Source: a virus. Taken from it: DNA of 64,000 nt. The notes below the pieces were generated by a model, which was not told the DNA's origin, did not search any database, and was given only the letters and a program-made list of their open reading frames with translations. A program made the translations under genes and the position numbers. The stretch lies in IMG/VR virus record IMGVR_UViG_3300022925_000005. One strand, 5' to 3'. Shown one piece after another: positions 21,501-28,201 of this stretch (position 1 is its first letter; every line of letters begins with the position of its first letter).

Positions 21501-24500
21501 AAATTAGTACCATCTGCGAATGAATTACCACCCTTTCTCATTGCAAATGCAACAGGAGTGGAATCACTATAATGATGGAATAATGCCGTTGATGTTGTTC
21601 CGAATCTTAATGGTTCAGAATTTTGTAATTGTAATTGGTTAAAGTTTGAAGTAGATGCCTGATTAGTGTAGTAACCAGTGTTATTCGAATCATAGAATAT
21701 TGGTGCTCTAAAATCACTACCAGCGGTTACAGTTCCAGTGAAATATGCTCCACCGGCAAATCCGATACGAGAATATGTAGAACCATTGTTTCTTAAAGCA
21801 AGGTGGTGGTCGTATCCACTACCATACTCATAACCAATTCCATACATATTAGCTAATGGCCAGCTTTCACCTATTGTCCAAATTACTTTTGATGCGGTGC
21901 TATTAACATTGTAATCACCCATCATACCACCAGCATTATTACTAACAATATAATTCGAATACTTTAATCTACCATTAAATGTACCTGTGTTAAGATTTGA
22001 ATTTGATGCAGGGTCTAAATAGTATCCCGTATCATTACGGTCATATAATGAATCTGCGTTTAATCTACCTAATGTAAATTGTGAAAATGATGATGATGAA
22101 CCAGCATTCCAAATCCAATGAGTTGGAGTTCCACCTAACGCTGCACGATAGTTAATATACATCGAAGTTGAACCACCAAATGTCATTTCATTACCACCAG
22201 ATTTGAACGATAGGTAATTTGAAATGGTATCCATATAGTTGTTACCATTATCAACATAAACCCGTGCAAATGTTGGAGAATCCGTTGTACGAACATACTG
22301 GTTCATATTCGCAGCGTATGGATTATTTACAGAATCCAATACATTAGCGTATGATGAATATGCGGTTGAAGAACCATAGGTTTGTTGCCAAATTCTCATT
22401 CCAATACCACTCTTCTTAAACATCACTAAGTTATCCGAACCACCAGATGAATCGGTGTAAGAACGAAGATGTAAGAAATCAGCGTATGGTGATGAGTTAT
22501 TGTTTGCCCAAGAAGTAAAACCGAATTTCAATCTACCTGCAGCTAATTCTGATGGAGAAATAGTTCTATTATCTTCTCTAACTAATCTATTTGCATCATC
22601 AATAGCACCATTAATAGTACCATTAACAGTCAATCCGGCGAATGTTGGTGAATCACTTGTACGAAGGTTTTGGTTCATCAAATAAACCTCAGTTGCACCT
22701 TGTCCAGTATCAATAGTACCTCCAATTTTCAAATTACCAGTATTACTACCAACTGCAGAAAGATGTTCACCAGGGTAACAAGCATGCGTATGAATTGTAC
22801 CGCTACTAAAAGCTCCTGAAAAACTAACGAATTCATTACTAAGTGGGAATACATCAACTGATAAAATTATAGCAGTTCCCGAATTGGTAGTAGCTTGAAT
22901 TGTAAACTGTTCGTTATTATTACTAATAACTCTAAGTGTAAGTAGATTTGAAGTTCCCGAATGAGATTTTATAGAAATACCACCAGTACGATTTACCAAT
23001 ATATCTGCAACTACATTTATAGGTACAGAAATGGTCTGACTAACCAATGATATTCTAACTCCAGTACCTTCATCATTAGATTGGAAATTTGATACAAGAC
23101 AAATATTAGTGTATCCAGCGTTACTTACTCCACTAAATGATGACCTCGATACTTTAGCTGCATATTCGTCCGTAAAAAATGAAAGTTCTCCATCTGGCAT
23201 CTGAACACCATTGGTGGTCATTATGAGTTTCGTACGTCCTCCTGCGGTGAACCTAATTTTGTCTGGGTCAAATTCTAAGTATGTATTGGTATCACCATCA
23301 TGAACTAACCTATCTCTTAAATAGATATCTTCAACATCATTGATTACATTAGAACCAAGTGTAAGAGTACCATTCATAATAGTAGTACCATTTACTGTCA
23401 ATCCAGAAAATGAAGGTGAATCGGATGTTCTAACATTTTGGTTCATTAAGTGAACCTCAGTAGTACCCTGACCAGTATTAATGTTACTTGCGTAAACAGT
23501 ACCATTTGCTTCAAAGTTCCAATCGGCATACCATCTATCACTTCCCTCATTCCAATAGAATTGTCGAGTTGCAGAATCACCTCTTTTAACTTCAATACCA
23601 GCATTTTCAGTTGGTGAAGTTCCGGCTCCAATATCAGCATTTAATGTGATAATATTATCACCAATATTAAGAGTTGTGGTATTGATATATGTTGTTGTAC
23701 CACTTACAGTTAAATCACCAGTAATTGTTGCGTTACCAGTTACTGCAAATATAGAACCATCAAAGGTAAGATTACTTTCAACATTTGCGGCTCCTCCACC
23801 AGCATATGTTAGTAAACCATTGTTAGTTGTACCAGTCAATGCTAATGCACCAGATGTACCACCAGAACCGGATGTTCCACCACTTCCACTTGTACCACTA
23901 CTTCCTCCACTACCTGAAGTTCCACCAGAACCAGATGTTCCAGAAGAACCTGAAGTTCCTGATGTACCACCGCTACCAGATGTTCCAGATGAACCACCGC
24001 TACCTGATGTACCAGCCGTACCACCACTACCAGCGGATGCTGATGTACCACTACTTCCAGAAGAACCAGATGTTCCTCCACTTCCAGAAGTTCCTCCACT
24101 ACCAGAAGTTCCTCCACTACCAGATGTACCACGTGAACCAGTTGTTCCAGACGAACCCGAAGAGCCAGATGTACCAGCCGTACCACCGCTACCAGCGGAT
24201 GCTGATGTACCACCAGAACCTGAAGTACCTGATGAACCACCAGAGCCCGAAGTACCTGATGAACCAGATGTACCCGATGAGCCTGAAGAACCCGATGAAC
24301 CAGAAGAACCAGCTGCACCACCTTCACCACTCACACCATCTCTACCAGACGAACCCGAAGAACCTGAAGAACCTCCACTTCCAGAAGTTCCAGATGAACC
24401 ACCGCTACCGCTTGTTCCTCCACTTCCAGAAGTTCCTCCACTACCAGATGTTCCAGACGAACCAGATGAACCTGAAGTACCACCAGTACCAGCTGATGAA

Positions 24501-26122
24501 GATGTACCACCACTACCAGAAGTACCACTACTTCCAGAAGAACCAGAGGTTCCACCACTACCAGATGAACCAGATGTTCCTCCACTTCCAGAAGTTCCAG
24601 AAGTACCACCACTACCAGATGAACCTGATGAACCAAATCCAGAAGAACCTGAACTACCACCAGAACCAGAAGTTCCAGATGAGCCAGATGAACCACCAGA
24701 CCCAGAAGTTCCAGAAGAGCCGGAAGTACCACCAGAACCAGAAGTTCCTGATGTTCCCCCACTACCAGATGTACCAGATGAACCATCTACACCAGATGTT
24801 CCCCCACTACCAGATGTACCGCTTGAACCAGAAGAGCCACCACTACCAGATGTACCTGATGAACCAGAAGTTCCACTTGTCCCAGATGAACCACTAACAC
24901 CACTACTACCCGATGAACCAGATGTACCACCGCTACCGCTTGTTCCTCCACTACCAGATGAACCAGATGAACCAGATGAACCAGATGTACCATCTATTCC
25001 ACTTGTCCCAGATGAACCTCCACTTCCAGAAGTTCCAGAAGAACCACCAGTACCTGATGAACCACCAGTACCAGAAGTACCCGATGTTCCAGATGTACCA
25101 GACGTACCAGCCGTACCGGCTGCTTGTTCCCATTCAGTACCAGTATAACGATATATGTTAGTATCTGAAGTGTTGTAATATATTTCACCAACTTCACCAG
25201 ACGCAGGGTCTGAAGAATATGATGGTATTTGTATTGAATCTTTTATAGATACGGAACCAGTAAATTCTTGCTTGTCCGATATCGAATCTCCGAATTTATT
25301 TGAACCAGTTGCATAAATTATTGATGATGAGATGTAAGTTGCCTTTAACTCAGTTGTTGTGATTGTACCCTCAACATTTAAGTTTTGAATTGTAGCAGTT
25401 CCCTCTACATCTAATGTACTTATTGTGGCTGTACCATCTACATCTAATGTTTGTGTGGTTGTAGTACCATCTACATCTAAGTTTTCACCGATTTTAGCCG
25501 AACCAGTTACGCCTAAATACTTTTCAGTTACAATTCCCACGTTCGTAACTAAACCTTCGTTAGGAGAGATTCTAGCTATTGCTGAACCCGATTGTAATCT
25601 ATTGATATCACCAACTGAATCAGCTGATATGTTTGTTAAACCACTACCATCACCCTTTATGAATGATGCCGATACTGTATTTGTTACTAATAGTGAACCT
25701 GTTATATCAGCATCAACATTTACCGAAAATTTATCTTCGGTTATAGTTGCATTTGCATCACCTTCGGCAATTCTATTGATATCACCAACTAATGCTGATG
25801 TAGGTATATTGGTTATAGCGTTTCCATCACCTTGAAATGAACCACTAAAAGAACCACTAAATTCAGTACTCGTAATAGTTGTACCATCGATGGTATCAAC
25901 AACTATACTATCAGCAGTAATTGTGGATGTAACCACTTCACTACCACTAAATACAGAACCAGTATATGAGATAGCTGAAATACCATTCTCAACCGATAAT
26001 TCGGTATTAATACTTACCGAATCAGTAGATATATTTACCTGCGATTCTCCGTTTACATCTAATGATAATAAACTTTGACTGATTTGATTTAAACCATTAG
26101 GGTCTTTACCTGTGTATTTCAT
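12533..26122 (-). CDS. Giant modular tail fibre (4529 aa) with a C-terminal intramolecular chaperone (peptidase S74-like) domain
   Basis: C-terminal YSDERLKK...IENALDKISKL...IGLSAQQVKEVLPEVV...YDRLVPLLVEGIKE plus a coiled coil. It also has N-terminal SGS repeats, a Gly-X-X tract and about 28 FYDxNNTGYYxDP linkers. Confidence 0.85.
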   Translation of the reverse strand: MKYTGKDPNGLNQISQSLLSLDVNGESQVNISTDSVSINTELSVENGISAISYTGSVFSGSEVVTSTITADSIVVDTIDGTTITSTEFSGSFSGSFQGDGNAITNIPTSALVGDINRIAEGDANATITEDKFSVNVDADITGSLLVTNTVSASFIKGDGSGLTNISADSVGDINRLQSGSAIARISPNEGLVTNVGIVTEKYLGVTGSAKIGENLDVDGTTTTQTLDVDGTATISTLDVEGTATIQNLNVEGTITTTELKATYISSSIIYATGSNKFGDSISDKQEFTGSVSIKDSIQIPSYSSDPASGEVGEIYYNTSDTNIYRYTGTEWEQAAGTAGTSGTSGTSGTSGTGGSSGTGGSSGTSGSGGSSGTSGIDGTSGSSGSSGSSGSGGTSGSGGTSGSSGSSGVSGSSGTSGTSGSSGTSGSGGSSGSSGTSGSGGTSGVDGSSGTSGSGGTSGTSGSGGTSGSSGTSGSGGSSGSSGTSGSGGSSGSSGFGSSGSSGSGGTSGTSGSGGTSGSSGSGGTSGSSGSSGTSGSGGTSSSAGTGGTSGSSGSSGTSGSGGTSGSGGTSGSGGSSGTSGSGGSSGSSGSSGRDGVSGEGGAAGSSGSSGSSGSSGTSGSSGTSGSGGSSGTSGSGGTSASAGSGGTAGTSGSSGSSGTTGSRGTSGSGGTSGSGGTSGSGGTSGSSGSSGTSASAGSGGTAGTSGSGGSSGTSGSGGTSGTSGSSGTSGSGGTSGSGGSSGTSGSGGTSGSGGTSGALALTGTTNNGLLTYAGGGAANVESNLTFDGSIFAVTGNATITGDLTVSGTTTYINTTTLNIGDNIITLNADIGAGTSPTENAGIEVKRGDSATRQFYWNEGSDRWYADWNFEANGTVYASNINTGQGTTEVHLMNQNVRTSDSPSFSGLTVNGTTIMNGTLTLGSNVINDVEDIYLRDRLVHDGDTNTYLEFDPDKIRFTAGGRTKLIMTTNGVQMPDGELSFFTDEYAAKVSRSSFSGVSNAGYTNICLVSNFQSNDEGTGVRISLVSQTISVPINVVADILVNRTGGISIKSHSGTSNLLTLRVISNNNEQFTIQATTNSGTAIILSVDVFPLSNEFVSFSGAFSSGTIHTHACYPGEHLSAVGSNTGNLKIGGTIDTGQGATEVYLMNQNLRTSDSPTFAGLTVNGTINGAIDDANRLVREDNRTISPSELAAGRLKFGFTSWANNNSSPYADFLHLRSYTDSSGGSDNLVMFKKSGIGMRIWQQTYGSSTAYSSYANVLDSVNNPYAANMNQYVRTTDSPTFARVYVDNGNNYMDTISNYLSFKSGGNEMTFGGSTSMYINYRAALGGTPTHWIWNAGSSSSFSQFTLGRLNADSLYDRNDTGYYLDPASNSNLNTGTFNGRLKYSNYIVSNNAGGMMGDYNVNSTASKVIWTIGESWPLANMYGIGYEYGSGYDHHLALRNNGSTYSRIGFAGGAYFTGTVTAGSDFRAPIFYDSNNTGYYTNQASTSNFNQLQLQNSEPLRFGTTSTALFHHYSDSTPVAFAMRKGGNSFADGTNFGVLNLQRTNHNNSASSAGASLFFELKDSGGTLREYAGITGRKTTGGASGGQLDFHNYGRNVIASMNSDYFYHTSDIRTPIFYDSDDTNWYVNPNGTTRLNNLTVVGTLSANITGDANTIDGLDSTQFLRSDTADTFTGTLTMGTQKALVANNYGRGVYGVYSPTRYQHVWSMGTSYNLPDNGLDESGAAGNLYGLAWSYNPDYSYAGSNPQAKSGLGHQLLLMMNGTTRFAAGSGMWTDGTATSTADFRAPIFYDLNNTGYYGNFASTSRFNRIDVNDTRSDIFYDRNNTAYYVNPADYSTFGRASGPVMQITKTGSGGTAGNNTALIVENTYANHSWGIVQEIRGGGISGSDRPGLLFSSPLTSQTWTTGYYQTSDSFGITSNRGYRNQDWGVWRMLVDSSGNVEAAGSSRAPVFYDSNNTAYYIDPNTTGTSINVRGEIRNPSVWINDGDNYNNYNENIRLFNAPNGVSVIAFSASGTGGQPTTSILGYSDRFETRFGSTWQTRVRNGYAEANGSYRAPIFYDTNNTGYYVNPRSQSRLSGLRLDGVDNNASGDDAILWINKPNNNDWGIIVTGDDDYGLDLRMASNNSYAFRVLGNGSEQARLNSDYFYHYSDIRTPIFYDSNNTGYYLDPNSNSRLYDLQLRGHYVRTYAHSGSDFVNGTLVQTDIPSSATNGASFVLEATGKSYSGNPPFGFTAQGYLYSNTIINYSGVHTGYAGFSQMKVFNNNGNLAFWWPRVSYWNSFSVHVRDAGGDDRNRVTSITNSTEPTGTKKVTITMKVSALYNQNSNTGDLYATRYYDSNNTGYYLDPASTSYLNDIRPSIMYDRDNTTYYVNPASTTRLNSLETRGTTTLGNGNNDTTNINDTLRLWATDSGDSHFYFGESSSNGYGDHYYWDSGYNSYHYSRYAGSDSLISYHDTRDTSRITYGRNIVFNNYGIGIVGNYTSTRLQLVFAMGDSYKPNSAGTSTANMYGIGWSHPNAGGLGGANNLNDHGILIINNGQFRAALSSRAVFTEEVRGTLFRDYNDSGYYVDPAGTSNLNNLTVNGTINARARALAITGFGNSEFTFNQSSGTFEGFSGWHNYLISNHGNGSNYYNTMIAMPFWGPPRYSRREGNTYRGPYEFWTSERTIVSNYDISAPVFYDYNNTGRYVDGAGTSVLQRIQLVNNVSNTPRWDFSAYVVEAQHWYGNYSSQTMYIGEGSNVIQIPSSQGIRPQIIYDYNDTAYYVNPNSTSRMNYVHMNELLVNNGGNSHIVVDGSGGGYQSVHIGESGKGAAALHLTYRGDGYSWIGMGEGNERVPQYWAMEMYYQNSNIYFNATAQARNDFRAPIFYDSNDTGYYVNPNSTSRIRKLDIIASGAGWNDGLNLYSSDGSNEWNLLVDNGASDHLRFAFNNSEKVRFETNGILYAFGQIRTPIVYDYNNTGYYSDPASTSIFNDLRADIFYDKDNTSYYVRPGSTSLLNDLRANVFYSRSNTGYYTDPESLSNLNNLTVQGTLQLNGTVDLGDDYEIDVHKTIAITNTLSASGTQARRFEIARISMDYNDWNSGGTFEVELHEQYFGRGSFKKYQVFWGYNNSYSVRLVDANISANNHFRVEIGSPVTISGDIRYVPVYVDVRYYTQVKARVRTTRSVTYTDNTPSRSWAYINKTPGASNISDFSGDSIIYKNEVSIAADRFYDANNTGYYLDPASTSYTNDIRSNIYYERENTAYYFGSSQGDFRFRNGRVNSLAIDGDLRSQNGNGYIRMGGNFHIDAYNGNDIYVNYYSNRRFRVWNGSSSERFRVDTNGIVYAFSQLRTPIVYDNNDTNYYTDPRSTSRFNEMRATYRLHIGDESNLYNGVVQETRRPDLTIKGQYPQLNLMSSEISNSNHGPTLRFVGYDGANASSGNFKHWVIGTAATNATGLYFGYSANNTNPHYGIGRGWSSGNNVSIMWISNDRNVYTENSFRAQLFYDTNNTAYYLNPNSTSRLDRINVNGGESYNEFYFRSNKGATSGGLSSPPLQAYSTGGNSAFMSFHRGGYYAVNMGLDSDNVLRIGGWSASANRWQLDMSGNTYAAGSHRAPIFYDTNNTGYYADPNGTSNFNALNVGGSPVLTGNSIQNYTRNVDNGSFFNITDDMTSAEVGVAVGGSASSRITKVDDPTAPAAGCFEVNGQHYPTHPDYIKIDANSQYIFEVWVRYVAGNDSSCALYMGGSAYNASKSYFGNTNRYWGASYVEFDSNTRNSGWYKVSGRIGGNGGNGFTSGTEYIRPLFLFNYAGNSTAVTRYCGLKLYKAEQTLGRLHFHSGTRYVHQETDQRYPYIEGEANTDVKFQSSTGWGKMGSRNTSHFHMQTDRSSWYFYNRIETPSDIRAGLFYDRDNTGYYANPASTSYFNDMRANIYYDRNNTGYYGDFASTSRFNRADLNDTRSDIFYDRNNTGYYFNGASVNSTRFEGVNDRTRAQLGNAGSPHSSASTYMRRPNFTSDTNYWVGSMGWGTLDMNTVFNWGSGFIDSWSNPGNQPSGTSHWVGTQALHYTNGSTRYGWQMVGGPIGNLRFRQQWGGSPNAWRTIPILDINDGNGGAMYAGIYYDSNDTGYYLDPNSTGTYSGRVRQGILFGPNTSWGRYLAVGTNGRYSNEASVATTNGNLHLDARSGSGTYINWYVGGTTYINGTLQVNFIYDRDNTGYYVDAASTSNFNTIRTATINSNYYTRSGHNVGHLVGSYNSVGDNYTRSNPIYTIGSSYNPAETTLSNMYGVGYAGAGASFIGFTGESGWGFYVAADGDARVWLDGSNGNVSSKGSVYADRFYDYNNTGYYLRPDSTSLLANMQINDYIYHRGDTNTYMQFHAADQWRVVTGGTERLEVNNSQIYMTRELRVTQDIIAFYSDERLKKKTGVIENALDKISKLDAFYYVNNELAKSVGYEDDKQQIGLSAQQVKEVLPEVVHSAPFDTDFDEDGNMFSTSGEDYLTLKYDRLVPLLVEGIKEQSEIVKAQQKEIDELKEMVKLLLNK
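13095..22050 (-). repeat. About 28 dispersed ~25-aa linker repeats (R-APIFYDxNNTGYYxDPxSTS) within the tail fibre
   Basis: Counted by eye in the translation. Some copies share 23-nt identical DNA (16419-16441 = 19050-19072; 13776-13798 = 17475-17497). Confidence 0.85.
23850..25120 (-). repeat. Gly-X-X (GTS/GSS/GSG/GGT) low-complexity tract, about 420 aa
   Basis: Seen directly in the translation, with 9-nt periodicity in the DNA. Confidence 0.9.
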
Positions 26123-26134
26123 TCACTTTTTCTT

Positions 26135-26467
26135 TTATGTAATTTCCAATACCGATACAACCACATCTACTGATGAATTTACCGAAGATGTTACAGTTAT
26201 TGAATCATTTGCTTCCAAAACCACCTTTTGTTCTCCACCAACCAAAATTGTTGATGAACCTTGAGGAAGTGTTGCCCCCTTTACTAAATATTTTGTTACT
26301 CCAGCCGAATTATCGGTTATCTCAACATCTACTTCGATGTTTTGTGCTACAATATTAGCCACATTTACTCCAATAACTGTTGCCGAAGTTGCCGAAGGAC
26401 AGCTATAAACTAATAAACCACCCGTTCCAGCTGGTCCTTTTATACTATTTTTAAATGTATTTGCCAT
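26135..26467 (-). CDS. Small beta-rich virion adaptor-type protein (MANTFKN family)
   Basis: 110 aa, beta-strand pattern, KVVLEANDSI...VVVSVLEIT ending. Paralogous to both ends of 40281-41147. Confidence 0.6.
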   Translation of the reverse strand: MANTFKNSIKGPAGTGGLLVYSCPSATSATVIGVNVANIVAQNIEVDVEITDNSAGVTKYLVKGATLPQGSSTILVGGEQKVVLEANDSITVTSSVNSSVDVVVSVLEIT

Positions 26468-26477
26468 ATTTTATATT

Positions 26478-26798
26478 TTATCCTAATGCTATTGCGAATG
26501 CGATTGCCGAATCCAATACATTTACCCCATCTACATTATATGAACCACCTTGTAATTCTATTGAACCAGAAAGAGCTATTGAACCACTTGATACGAGTAC
26601 AAATTCGGTATTATTATCCTTTTCATAACCCAAACTAAGAGAATCTCTTACACTTAGGTTAGTAAACTCTGCAGTATCTACCGAAATATCACCCTTAAAA
26701 CTTCCAGTAAAGGAACCAGTAAACGAACCACTTAAATCAGCATATGCCGATGGTGCTTGATTAATCGAACCCGAAAAACTTGGTGAATCTATTCTCAT
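26478..26798 (-). CDS. Small SGS-rich structural protein ending AIAFAIALG
   Basis: 106 aa with the LSGSFTGSFTGSFKGD motif shared with the giant fibres, and a hydrophobic C-terminal peptide. Confidence 0.6.
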   Translation of the reverse strand: MRIDSPSFSGSINQAPSAYADLSGSFTGSFTGSFKGDISVDTAEFTNLSVRDSLSLGYEKDNNTEFVLVSSGSIALSGSIELQGGSYNVDGVNVLDSAIAFAIALG

Positions 26799-26824
26799 AT
26801 CACTTTAAATCTATTCTTTGTAGA

Positions 26825-26833
26825 TATAAATAT
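26825..26833 (-). promoter_or_regulatory. Candidate phage late promoter (ATATTTATA)
   Basis: Motif about 27 nt upstream of the ATG at 26798. Confidence 0.55.
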
Positions 26834-26854
26834 AAAGTATTTATCTTTTACCTT

Positions 26855-27316
26855 CTAAGGTCTAGCAGGCCAAGTTAAAGAAAATGGATTTTCTTGTGAG
26901 GTTATATCTCTAAGTGATTGTCTGTAAGTTTGCCACTCAGTTAATGAGGAGCCTGTTATTGGGGAATCTTGGAATTGAGTCCAATCTGATTGTGATAATA
27001 AGTTATCTCTAAGTTCTCTAACTTCTAACCACTTTTCTTCTATTTTTGTTGAAATTTCTTCAGCAGATGCATCGGATTCGTTCCAAACTTGAATGTATGA
27101 TGAATCCACTAATATTGGTGTAGCTTCTTCGTAATTTTTTGTGTAATCAGTACCACATTCTACTGAATTTACTGGATATACATTGAAATCTGCTAAAATA
27201 TCATTAGTAATTGATAATGGGAAGCTAACATTAGGATTATCGATTTTTAAATCACTAAGTGTGTATGGATATATTATATTTTCGTTTTCTATCTTTAAAT
27301 ACATAATTATTTCCAA
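26855..27316 (-). CDS. Tail fibre assembly chaperone-like protein
   Basis: C-terminal WLEVRELRDNLLSQSDWTQ...WQTYRQSLRDIT.Q..P..WP.RP is the typical phage tail assembly chaperone motif. The true start may be the second Met at 27304. Confidence 0.8.
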   Translation of the reverse strand: MEIIMYLKIENENIIYPYTLSDLKIDNPNVSFPLSITNDILADFNVYPVNSVECGTDYTKNYEEATPILVDSSYIQVWNESDASAEEISTKIEEKWLEVRELRDNLLSQSDWTQFQDSPITGSSLTEWQTYRQSLRDITSQENPFSLTWPARP

Positions 27317-28182
27317 TTAAATGGTATTGATGCGTAGTTAGTTGCACCAGTACAATTGTTAAAAGCGTTTGTTCCCAATGGTTCAGGACTTCTAGTCCAT
27401 AATTCTTCAACATTTCCCCAAGAAGATGAACCATTATTTGTAGATGACATATTGAATATGTTCAAAAAGATACTAACATTTTGATTATATTGAAATGTAG
27501 GTATATTTGTTAATGCTCGGTTGTTTCTAAATGTTGATGAGAAGTTAATTACATTAGTATTATATCTGAATAACTCATTAGGTACACTTACTAATGATGT
27601 ACATGCGTTAAATGTTGATGAAAATGAAGATGCACCAGTACAAGCATCAAATAAGTTGTTGGGAACTGATGTTATCTTTGTAAATGAAAATGTATCCACA
27701 AATTCGTATGCAGATGTTGAGAAATCAAACAAACCAGATGGGATTGATGTAATACTTGTTCCCCTAAATGTGTTGTTCCATTGAGTTACCCTACCCAAAC
27801 CAGAAGTTGCGTTTGGAATTGATGTAATATTTACACATCCATAGAAATTTAAACTACGAAGTCCAACATTTCCCCAATCTAAGATTGCCGTATATAATGT
27901 TTTGTATATATCATTATCTACCCTAAAACCAGGTAATGAACCAATGATTGAAACAGTATATGTACCTGCTGAAGTATATGCATGAAATCTAGCACTATCA
28001 TTTACATCTGTTATAGTACTTTCAGATGTATCACCCCAATCTACTATAATATTAGGTTGTGTACCTGATACCGAAAATAAAGGTAACCCATACGTTTGGC
28101 CAGATGCCACTGTCAATTGAAATCTAAATGGTTCCACTGCTCCTCCTCCCGATGATGATACTAATCTTCTTGCTATACTCAT
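27307..28182 (-). CDS. PKD-like plus BspA/DUF285-type leucine-rich repeat protein (putative fibre-tip adhesin)
   Basis: IVDWGD...HAYTSAGTYTVSI (PKD-like), then repeats such as TF.GTSITSIPSGLF, TFNACTSLVSVPNELF and NAFNNCT. Confidence 0.7.
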   Translation of the reverse strand: MSIARRLVSSSGGGAVEPFRFQLTVASGQTYGLPLFSVSGTQPNIIVDWGDTSESTITDVNDSARFHAYTSAGTYTVSIIGSLPGFRVDNDIYKTLYTAILDWGNVGLRSLNFYGCVNITSIPNATSGLGRVTQWNNTFRGTSITSIPSGLFDFSTSAYEFVDTFSFTKITSVPNNLFDACTGASSFSSTFNACTSLVSVPNELFRYNTNVINFSSTFRNNRALTNIPTFQYNQNVSIFLNIFNMSSTNNGSSSWGNVEELWTRSPEPLGTNAFNNCTGATNYASIPFNWK

Positions 28183-28201
28183 AATTCATAACTATTAACC
28201 T

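Noticed and set aside
13095-22050. CRISPR array or diversity-generating retroelement suggested by the repeat-spacer layout
   Set aside because: The repeats are in-frame, degenerate at synonymous positions and irregularly spaced. I saw no cas or reverse transcriptase gene and no adenine-specific template/variable repeat pair.
23646-25197. Plus-strand 500-aa PEVPDEP-rich ORF and other overlapping alternative-frame ORFs
   Set aside because: They are antisense and off-frame shadows of the Gly-Ser-Thr codon repeat, which lacks stops in several frames. They have no independent expression signals.
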